Assembly (NCBI RefSeq): GCF_009914755.1
Contig: NC_060931.1
Length of the DNA stretch: 64,000 nt
Source: the human T2T-CHM13v2.0 reference genome, Homo sapiens
Direction: 5' to 3' (one strand)
Numbering within the stretch: the first letter of the stretch is position 1; each line of letters starts with the position of its first letter. Position numbers and translations under genes: made by a program. A model generated the notes under the pieces. That model saw only the letters and a list, made by a program, of their open reading frames with translations. It searched no databases and had not been told where the DNA came from. Shown here piece by piece: positions 1-10,645 of the stretch.

Positions 1-193
1 GAGATTTCTAGCCATTTGATGCCAACTGTAGAAAGGGAAATATCTTCAAATAAAAACCAGACAGAATCATTCTCAGAAAATTCTTTGTGATGTGTGCGTT
101 CAACTCACATAGTTTAACCTTTCTTTTCATAGAGCAGTTTGGAAACACTCTGTTTGTAAAGTCTGCAAGTGTATATATGGACCGCATTGAGGC

Positions 194-210
194 CTTCGTT
201 GGAAACGGGA
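194..210 (+). promoter_or_regulatory. CENP-B box, canonical (representative; about 188 box positions in the window, three per 6-mer and two per 4-mer)
   Basis: CTTCGTTGGAAACGGGA is an exact match to the 17-bp CENP-B box. It recurs at 1216 and in every 6-mer. Confidence 0.97.
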
Positions 211-362
211 TTTCTTCATTTCATGCTAGACAGAAGAATTCTCAGTAACTTCTTTGTGCTGTGTGTATTCAACTCACAGAGTGGAACGTCCCTTTACACA
301 GAGCAGATTTGAAACACTCTTTTTGTGGAGTTTGCAAGTGGAGATTTCAAGCGATTTGATGC

Positions 363-379
363 CAACAGTAGAAAAGGAA
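363..379 (+). promoter_or_regulatory. Degenerate pJalpha-box-like site of an A-type monomer (representative)
   Basis: CAACAGTAGAAAAGGAA sits at the position homologous to the CENP-B box and has 3 mismatches to the recalled consensus CTAYGGTGRAAAAGGAA. Binding cannot be inferred. Confidence 0.55.
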
Positions 380-533
380 ATATCTTCAAATAAAAACTAG
401 ACAGAATCATTCTCAGAAACTACTTTGTGATGTGTGCCTTCAACTCACAGAGTTTAACCTTTCTTTTCTTAGAGCAGCTTAGAAACACTCTGCTTGTTAT
501 GTCTGCAAGTGGATATTTGGACCTCTTTGAGGC

Positions 534-550
534 CTTCGTTGCAAACGGGG
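534..550 (+). promoter_or_regulatory. CENP-B box, variant retaining all core nucleotides (representative)
   Basis: CTTCGTTGCAAACGGGG fits the core NTTCGNNNNANNCGGGN and is present once per HOR. Confidence 0.88.
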
Positions 551-875
551 TTTCTTCCTTTAATGCTAGACTAAGAAGAGTTCTCAGTAACTTTTTTGTG
601 TTGTGTGTATTCAACTCACAGAGTTGAACCTTGCTTTAGAGAGAGCAGATTTGAAACACTCTCGCTGTGGAATTTTCAGGTGGAGATTTCAAGCGATTTG
701 AGGACAATTGCAGAAAAGGAAATATCTTCGTATAATAACCAGACAGAATCATTCTCAGAAAGTGCTTTGTGATGTGTGCGTTCAACTCACAGAGTTTAAC
801 CTTTCTTTTCATAGAGGAGTTTGGAAACACACTGTTTGTAAAGTCTGCAATTGGATATATGGACCTGTTTGAGGC

Positions 876-892
876 CTTCGTTGGAAACGGGA
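876..892 (+). promoter_or_regulatory. CENP-B box, canonical (representative of the third box per HOR)
   Basis: CTTCGTTGGAAACGGGA. Box spacing is 194->534->876->1216 = 340/342/340. Confidence 0.97.
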
Positions 893-3800
893 TTTCTTCA
901 TTGAATGCTAGACGGAAGGATTCTCAGTAAATTCTTTGTGTTGAGTGCATTCAACTCACAGAGTGGAACGTCCCTTTAGACAGAGCAGATTTGAAACACT
1001 CTTTTTGCGGAATTTGCAAGTGGAGATTTCTAGCCATTTGATGCCAACAGTAGAAAGGGAAATATCTTCAAATAAAAACCAGACAGAATCATTCTCAGAA
1101 AATTCTTTGTGATGTGTGCGTTCAACTCACATAGTTTAACCTTTCTTTTCATAGAGCAGTTTGGAAACACTCTGTTTGTAAAGTCTGCAAGTGGATATAT
1201 GGACCGCATTGAGGCCTTCGTTGGAAACGGGATTTCTTCATTTCATACTAGACAGAAGAATTCTCAGTATCTTCTTTGTGCTGTGTGTATTCAACTCACA
1301 GAGTGGAACGTCCCTTTGCACAGAGCAGATTTGAAACACTCTTTTTGTGGAGTTTGCAAGTGGAGATTTCAAGCGATTTGATGCCAACAGTAGAAAAGGA
1401 AATATCTTCAAATAAAAACTAGACAGAATCATTCTCAGAAACTACTTTGTGATGTGTGCCTTTAACTCACAGAGTTTAACCTTTCTTTTCTTAGAGCAGT
1501 TTAGAAACACTCTGCTTGTTATGTCTGCAAGTGGATATTTGGGCCTCTTTGAGGCCTTCGTTGCAAACGGGTTTTCTTCCTTTAATGCTAGACTAAGAAG
1601 AGTTCTCAGTAACTTTTTTGTGTTGTGTGTATTCAACTCACAGAGTTGAACCTTGCTTTAGAGAGAGCAGATTTGAAACACTCTTGCTGTGGCATTTTCA
1701 GGTGGAGATTTCAAGCGATTTGAGGACAATTGCAGAAAAGGAAATATCTTCGTATAATAACCAGACAGAATCATTCTCAGAAAGTGCTTTGTGATGTGTG
1801 CGTTCAACTCACAGAGTTTAACCTTTCTTTTCATAGAGGAGTTTGGAAACACACTGTTTGTAAAGTCTGCAATTGGATATATGGACCTGTTTGAGGCCTC
1901 CGTTGGAAACGGGATTTCTTCATTGAATGCTAGACGGAAGAATTCTCAGTAAATTCTTTGTGTTGTGTGCATTCAACTCACAGAGTGGAACGTCCCTTTA
2001 GACAGAGCAGATTTGAAACACTCTTTTTGCGGAATTTGCAAGTGGAGATTTCTAGCCATTTGATGCCAACAGTAGAAAGGGAAATATCTTCAAATAAAAA
2101 CCAGACAGAATCATTCTCAGAAAATTCTTTGTGATGTGTGCGTTCAACTCACATAGTTTAACCTTTCTTTTCATAGAGCAGTTTGGAAACACTCTGTTTG
2201 TAAAGTCTGCAAGTGGATATATGGACCGCATTGAGGCCTTCGTTGGAAACGGGATTTCTTCATTTCATGCTAGACAGAAGAATTCTCAGTAACTTCTTTG
2301 TGCTGTGTGTATTCAACTCACAGAGTGGAACGTCCCTTTACACAGAGCAGATTTGAAACACTCTTTTTGTGGAGTTTGCAAGTGGAGATTTCAAGCGATT
2401 TGATGCCAACAGTAGAAAAGGAAGTATCTTCAAATAAAAACTAGACAGAATCATTCTCAGAAACTACTTTGTGATGTGTGCCTTCAACTCACCGAGTTTA
2501 ACCTTTCTTTTCTGAGAGCAGCTTAGAAACACTCTGCTTGTTATGTCTGCAAGTTGATATTTGGACCTCTTTGAGGCCTTCGTTGCAAACGGGGTTTCTT
2601 CCTTTAATGCTAGACTAAGAAGAGTTCTCAGTAACTTTTTTGTGTTGTGTGTATTCAACTCACAGAGTTGAACCTTGCTTTAGAGAGAGCAGATTTGAAA
2701 CACTCTCGCTGTGGAATTTTCAGGTGGAGATTTCAAGCGATTTGAGGACAATTGCAGAAAAGGAAATATCTTCGTATAATAACCAGACAGAATCATTCTC
2801 AGAAAGTGCTTTGTGATGTGTGCGTTCAACTCACAGAGTTTAACCTTTCTTTTCATAGAGGAGTTTGGAAACACACTGTTTGTAAAGTCTGCAATTGGAT
2901 ATATGGACCTGTTTGAGGCCTTCGTTGGAAACGGGATTTCTTCATTGAATGCTAGACGGAAGGATTCTCAGTAAATTCTTTGTGTTGTGTGCATTCAACT
3001 CACAGAGTGGAACGTCCCTTTAGACAGAGCAGATTTGAAACACTCTTTTTGCAGAATTTGCAAGTGGAGATTTCTAGCCATTTGATGCCAACAGTAGAAA
3101 GGGAAATATCTTCATATAAAAACCAGACAGAATCATTCTCAGAAAATTCTTTGTGATGTGTGCGTTCAACTCACATAGTTTAACCTTTCTTTTCATAGAG
3201 CAGTTTGGAAACACTCTGTTTGTAAAGTCTGCAAGTGGATATATGGACGGCATTGAGGCCTTCGTTGGAAACGGGATTTCTTCATTTCATGCTAGACAGA
3301 AGAATTCTCAGTAACTTCTTTGTGCTGTGTGTATTCAACTCACAGAGTGGAACGTCCCTTTGCACAGAGCAGATTTGAAACACTCTTTTTGTGGAGTTTG
3401 CAAGTGGAGATTTCAAGCGATTTGATGCCAACAGTAGAAAAGGAAGTATCTTCAAATAAAAACTAGACAGAATCATTCTCAGAAACTACTTTGTGATGTG
3501 TGCCTTCAACTCACCGAGTTTAACCTTTCTTTTCTGAGAGCAGCTTAGAAACACTCTGCTTGTTATGTCTACAAGTTGATATTTGGACCTCTTTGAGGCC
3601 TTCGTTGCAAACGGGGTTTCTTCCTTTCATGCTAGACTAAGAAGAGTTCTCAGTAACTTTTTTGTGTTGTGTGTATTCAACTCACAGAGTTGAACCTTGC
3701 TTTAGAGAGAGCAGATTTGAAACACTCTTGCTGTGGCATTTTCAGGTGGAGATTTCAAGCGATTTGAGGACAATTGCAGAAAAGGAAATATCTTCGTATA

Positions 3801-6800
3801 ATAACCAGACAGAATCATTCTCAGAAAGTGCTTTGTGATGTGTGCGTTCAACTCACAGAGTTTAACCTTTCTTTTCATAGAGGAGTTTGGAAACACACTG
3901 TTTGTAATGTCTGCAATTGGATATATGGACCTGTTTGAGGCCTTCGTTGGAAACGGGATTTCTTCATTGAATGCTAGACGGAAGAATTCTCAGTAAATTC
4001 TTTGTGTTGTGTGCATTCAACTCACAGAGTGGAACGTCCCTTTAGACAGAGCAGATTTGAAACACTTTTTGGCGGAATTTGCAAGTGGAGATTTCTAGCC
4101 ATTTGATGCCAACAGTAGAAAGGGAAATATCTTCAAATAAAAACCAGACAGAATCATTCTCAGAAAATTCTTTGTGATGTGTGCGTTCAACTCACATAGT
4201 TTAACCTTTCTTTTCATAGAGCAGTTTGGAAACACTCTGTTTGTAAAGTCTGCAAGTGGATATATGGACCGCATTGAGGCCTTCGTTGGAAACGGGATTT
4301 CTTCATTTCATGCTAGACAGAAGAATTCTCAGTAACTTCTTTGTGCTGTGTGTATTCAACTCACAGAGTGGAACGTCCCTTTACACAGAGCAGATTTGAA
4401 ACACTCTTTTTGTGGAGTTTGCAAGTGGAGATTTCAAGCGATTTGATGCCAACAGTAGAAAAGGAAATATCTTCAAATAAAAACTAGACAGAATCATTCT
4501 CAGAAACTACTTTGTGATGTGTGCCTTCAACTCACAGAGTTTAACCTTTCTTTTCTTAGAGCAGTTTAGAAACACTCTGCTTGTTATGTCTGCAAGTGGA
4601 TATTTGGACCTCTTTGAGGCCTTCGTTGCAAACGGGGTTTCTTCCTTTAATGCTAGACTAAGAAGAGTTCTCAGTAACTTTTTTGTGTTGTGTGTATTCA
4701 ACTCACAGAGTTGAACCTTGCTTTAGAGAGAGCAGATTTGAAACACTCTCGCTGTGGAATTTTCAGGTGGAGATTTCAAGCGATTTGAGGACAATTGCAG
4801 AAAAGGAAATATCTTCGTATAATAACCAGACAGAATCATTCTCAGAAAGTGCTTTGTGATGTGTGCGTTCAACTCACAGAGTTTAACCTTTCTTTTCATA
4901 GAGGAGTTTGGAAACACACTGTTTGTAAAGTCTGCAATTGGATATATGGACCTGTTTGAGGCCTTCGTTGGAAACGGGATTTCTTCATTGAATGCTAGAC
5001 GGAAGGATTCTCAGTAAATTCTTTGTGTTGTGTGCATTCAACTCACAGAGTGGAACGTCCCTTTAGACAGAGCAGATTTGAAACACTCTTTTTGCGGAAT
5101 TTGCAAGTGGAGATTTCTAGCCATTTGATGCCAACAGTAGAAAGGGAAATATCTTCAAATAAAAACCAGACAGAATCATTCTCAGAAAATTCTTTGTGAT
5201 GTGTGCGTTCAACTCACATAGTTTAACCTTTCTTTTCATAGAGCAGTTTGGAAACACTCTGTTTGTAAAGTCTGCAAGTGGATATATGGACCGCATTGAG
5301 GCCTTCGTTGGAAACGGGATTTCTTCATTTCATACTAGACAGAAGAATTCTCAGTAACTTCTTTGTGCTGTGTGTATTCAACTCACAGAGTGGAACGTCC
5401 CTTTGCACAGAGCAGATTTGAAACACTCTTTTTGTGGAGTTTGCAAGTGGAGATTTCAAGCGATTTGATGCCAACAGTAGAAAAGGAAATATCTTCAAAT
5501 AAAAACTAGACAGAATCATTCTCAGAAACTACTTTGTGATGTGTGCCTTTAACTCACAGAGTTTAACCTTTCTTTTCTTAGAGCAGTTTAGAAACACTCT
5601 GCTTGTTATGTCTGCAAGTGGATATTTGGACCTCTTTGAGGCCTTCGTTGCAAACGGGGTTTCTTCCTTTCATGCTAGACTAAGAAGAGTTCTCAGTAAC
5701 TTTTTTGTGTTGTGTGTATTCAACTCACAGAGTTGAACCTTGCTTTAGAGAGAGCAGATTTGAAGCACTCTTGCTGTGGCATTTTCAGGTGGAGATTTCA
5801 AGCGATTTGAGGACAATTGCAGAAAAGGAAATATCTTCGTATAATAACCAGACAGAATCATTCTCAGAAAGTGCTTTGTGATGTGTGCGTTCAACTCACA
5901 GAGTTTAACCTTTCTTTTCATAGAGGAGTTTGGAAACACACTGTTTGTAAAGTCTGCAATTGGATATATGGACCTGTTTGAGGCCTCCGTTGGAAACGGG
6001 ATTTCTTCATTGAATGCTAGACGGAAGAATTCTCAGTAAATTCTTTGTGTTGTGTGCATTCAACTCACAGAGTGGAACGTCCCTTTAGACAGAGCAGATT
6101 TGAAACACTCTTTTTGCGGAATTTGCAAGTGGAGATTTCTAGCCATTTGATGCCAACAGTAGAAAGGGAAATATCTTCAAATAAAAACCAGACAGAATCA
6201 TTCTCAGAAAATTCTTTTTGATGTGTGCGTTCAACTCACATAGTTTAACCTTTCTTTTCATAGAGCAGTTTGGAAACACTCTGTTTGTAAAGTCTGCAAG
6301 TGGATATATGGACCGCATTGAGGCCTTCGTTGGAAACGGGATTTCTTCATTTCATGCTAGACAGAAGAATTCTCAGTAACTTCTTTGTGCTGTGTGTATT
6401 CAACTCACAGAGTGGAACGTCCCTTTGCACAGAGCAGATTTGAAACACTCTTTTTGTGGAGTTTGCAAGTGGAGATTTCAAGCGATTTGATGCCAACAGT
6501 AGAAAAGGAAATATCTTCAAATAAAAACTAGACAGAATCATTCTCAGAAACTACTTTGTGATGTGTGCCTTCAACTCACAGAGTTTAACCTTTCTTTTCT
6601 TAGAGCAGTTTAGAAACACTCTGCTTGTTATGTCTGCAAGTGGATATTTGGACCTCTTTGAGGCCTTCGTTGCAAACGGGGTTTCTTCCTTTCATGCTAG
6701 ACTAAGAAGAGTTCTCAGTAACTTTTTTGTGTTGTGTGTATTCAACTCACAGAGTTGAACCTTGCTTTAGAGAGAGCAGATTTGAAACACTCTTGCTGTG

Positions 6801-9800
6801 GCATTTTCAGGTGGAGATTTCAAGCGATTTGAGGACAATTGCAGAAAAGGAAATATCTTCGTATAATAACCAGACAGAATCATTCTCAGAAAGTGCTTTG
6901 TGATGTGTGCGTTCAACTCACAGAGTTTAACCTTTCTTTTCATAGAGGAGTTTGGAAACACACTGTTTGTAAAGTCTGCAAGTGGATATATGGACCTGTT
7001 TGAGGCCTTCGTTGGAAACGGGATTTCTTCATTGAATGCTAGACGGAAGAATTCTCAGTAAATTCTTTGTGTTGTGTGCATTCAACTCACAGAGTGGAAC
7101 GTCCCTTTAGACAGAGCAGATTTGAAACACTCTTTTTGCGGAATTTGCAAGTGGAGATTTCTAGCCATTTGATGCCAACAGTAGAAAGGGAAATATCTTC
7201 AAATAAAAACCAGACAGAATCATTCTCAGAAAATTCTTTGTGATGTGTGCGTTCAACTCACATAGTTTAACCTTTCTTTTCATAGAGCAGTTTGGAAACA
7301 CTCTGTTTGTAAAGTCTGCAAGTGGATATATGGACCGCATTGAGGCCTTCGTTGGAAACGGGATTTCTTCATTTCATGCTAGACAGAAGAATTCTCAGTA
7401 ACTTCTTTGTGCTGTGTGTATTCAACTCACAGAGTGGAACGTCCCTTTGCACAGAGCAGATTTGAAACACTCTTTTTGTGGAGTTTGCAAGTGGAGATTT
7501 CAAGCGATTTGATGCCAACAGTAGAAAAGGAAATATCTTCAAATAAAAACTAGACAGAATCATTCTCAGAAACTACTTTGTGATGTGTGCCTTCAACTCA
7601 CAGAGTTTAACCTTTCTTTTCTTAGAGCAGTTTAGAAACACTCTGCTTGTTATGTCTGCAAGTGGATATTTGGACCTCTTTGAGGCCTTCGTTGCAAACG
7701 GGGTTTCTTCCTTTCATGCTAGACTAAGAAGAGTTCTCAGTAACTTTTTTGTGTTGTGTGTATTCAACTCACAGAGTTGAACCTTGCTTTAGAGAGAGCA
7801 GATTTGAAACACTCTTGCTGTGGCATTTTCAGGTGGAGATTTCAAGCGATTTGAGGACAATTGCAGAAAAGGAAATATCTTCGTATAATAACCAGACAGA
7901 ATCATTCTCAGAAAGTGCTTTGTGATGTGTGCATTCAACTCACAGAGTTTAACCTTTCTTTTCATAGAGGAGTTTGGAAACACACTGTTTGTAAAGTCTG
8001 CAAGTGGATATATGGACCTGTTTGAGGCCTTCGTTGGAAACGGGATTTCTTCATTGAATGCTAGACGGAAGAATTCTCAGTAAATTCTTTGTGTTGTGTG
8101 CATTCAACTCACAGAGTGGAACGTCCCTTTAGACAGAGCAGATTTGAAACACTCTTTTTGCGGAATTTGCAAGTGGAGATTTCTAGCCATTTGATGCCAA
8201 CAGTAGAAAGGGAAATATCTTCAAATAAAAACCAGACAGAATCATTCTCAGAAAATTCTTTGTGATGTGTGCGTTCAACTCACATAGTTTAACCTTTCTT
8301 TTCATAGAGCAGTTTGGAAACACTCTGTTTGTAAAGTCTGCAAGTGGATATATGGACCGCATTGAGGCCTTCGTTGGAAACGGGATTTCTTCATTTCATG
8401 CTAGACAGAAGAATTCTCAGTAACTTCTTTGTGCTGTGTGTATTCAACTCACAGAGTGGAACGTCCCTTTGCACAGAGCAGATTTGAAACACTCTTTTTG
8501 TGGAGTTTGCAAGTGGAGATTTCAAGCGATTTGATGCCAACAGTAGAAAAGGAAATATCTTCAAATAAAAACTAGACAGAATCATTCTCAGAAACTACTT
8601 TGTGATGTGTGCCTTCAACTCACAGAGTTTAACCTTTCTTTTCTTAGAGCAGTTTAGAAACACTCTGCTTGTTATGTCTGCAAGTGGATATTTGGACCTC
8701 TTTGAGGCCTTCGTTGCAAACGGGGTTTCTTCCTTTAATGCTAGACTAAGAAGAGTTCTCAGTAACTTTTTTGTGTTGTGTGTATTCAACTCACAGAGTT
8801 GAACCTTGCTTTAGAGAGAGCAGATTTGAAACACTCTTGCTGTGGCATTTTCAGGTGGAGATTTCAAGCGATTTGAGGACAATTGCAGAAAAGGAAATAT
8901 CTTCGTATAATAACCAGACAGAATCATTCTCAGAAAGTGCTTTGTGATGTGTGCGTTCAACTCACAGAGTTTAACCTTTCTTTTCATAGAGGAGTTTGGA
9001 AACACACTGTTTGTAAAGTCTGCAAGTGGATATATGGACCTGTTTGAGGCCTTCGTTGGAAACGGGATTTCTTCATTGAATGCTAGACGGAAGAATTCTC
9101 AGTAAATTCTTTGTGTTGTGTGCATTCAACTCACAGAGTGGAACGTCCCTTTAGACAGAGCAGATTTGAAACACTCTTTTTGCGGAATTTGCAAGTGGAG
9201 ATTTCTAGCCATTTGATGCCAACAGTAGAAAGGGAAATATCTTCAAATAAAAACCAGACAGAATCATTCTCAGAAAATTCTTTGTGATGTGTGCGTTCAA
9301 CTCACATAGTTTAACCTTTCTTTTCATAGAGCAGTTTGGAAACACTCTGTTTGTAAAGTCTGCAAGTGGATATATGGACCGCATTGAGGCCTTCGTTGGA
9401 AACGGGATTTCTTCATTTCATGCTAGACAGAAGAATTCTCAGTAACTTCTTTGTGCTGTGTGTATTCAACTCACAGAGTGGAACGTCCCTTTGCACAGAG
9501 CAGATTTGAAACACTCTTTTTGTGGAGTTTGCAAGTGGAGATTTCAAGCGATTTGATGCCAACAGTAGAAAAGGAAATATCTTCAAATAAAAACTAGACA
9601 GAATCATTCTCAGAAACTACTTTGTGATGTGTGCCTTCAACTCACAGAGTTTAACCTTTCTTTTCTTAGAGCAGTTTAGAAACACTCTGCTTGTTATGTC
9701 TGCAAGTGGATATTTGGACCTCTTTGAGGCCTTCGTTGCAAACGGGGTTTCTTCCTTTCATGCTAGACTAAGAAGAGTTCTCAGTAACTTTTTTGTGTTG

Positions 9801-10645
9801 TGTGTATTCAACTCACAGAGTTGAACCTTGCTTTAGAGAGAGCAGATTTGAAACACTCTTGCTGTGGCATTTTCAGGTGGAGATTTCAAGCGATTTGAGG
9901 ACAATTGCAGAAAAGGAAATATCTTCGTATAATAACCAGACAGAATCATTCTCAGAAAGTGCTTTGTGATGTGTGCGTTCAACTCACAGAGTTTAACCTT
10001 TCTTTTCATAGAGGAGTTTGGAAACACACTGTTTGTAAAGTCTGCAAGTGGATATATGGACCTGTTTGAGGCCTTCGTTGGAAACGGGATTTCTTCATTG
10101 AATGCTAGACGGAAGAATTCTCAGTAAATTCTTTGTGTTGTGTGCATTCAACTCACAGAGTGGAACGTCCCTTTAGACAGAGCAGATTTGAAACACTCTT
10201 TTTGCGGAATTTGCAAGTGGAGATTTCTAGCCATTTGATGCCAACAGTAGAAAGGGAAATATCTTCAAATAAAAACCAGACAGAATCATTCTCAGAAAAT
10301 TCTTTGTGATGTGTGCGTTCAACTCACATAGTTTAACCTTTCTTTTCATAGAGCAGTTTGGAAACACTCTGTTTGTAAAGTCTGCAAGTGGATATATGGA
10401 CCGCATTGAGGCCTTCGTTGGAAACGGGATTTCTTCATTTCATGCTAGACAGAAGAATTCTCAGTAACTTCTTTGTGCTGTGTGTATTCAACTCACAGAG
10501 TGGAACGTCCCTTTGCACAGAGCAGATTTGAAACACTCTTTTTGTGGAGTTTGCAAGTGGAGATTTCAAGCGATTTGATGCCAACAGTAGAAAAGGAAAT
10601 ATCTTCAAATAAAAACTAGACAGAATCATTCTCAGAAACTACTTT

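Larger units (their letters stand above)
68..1089 (+). repeat. First complete 6-monomer HOR unit (three B/A dimers of 340, 342 and 340 bp)
   Basis: Monomer lengths measured between .attctcag/agttctcag anchors are 169, 171, 171, 171, 169 and 171. The dimers carry diagnostic words gaccgcattgagg, gacctctttgagg and gacctgtttgagg. Confidence 0.95.

Noticed and set aside
729-740. TATAAT motif (cgtataataacc) resembling a bacterial -10 box
   Set aside because: It is a fixed part of one alphoid monomer in a eukaryotic satellite and has no promoter context.
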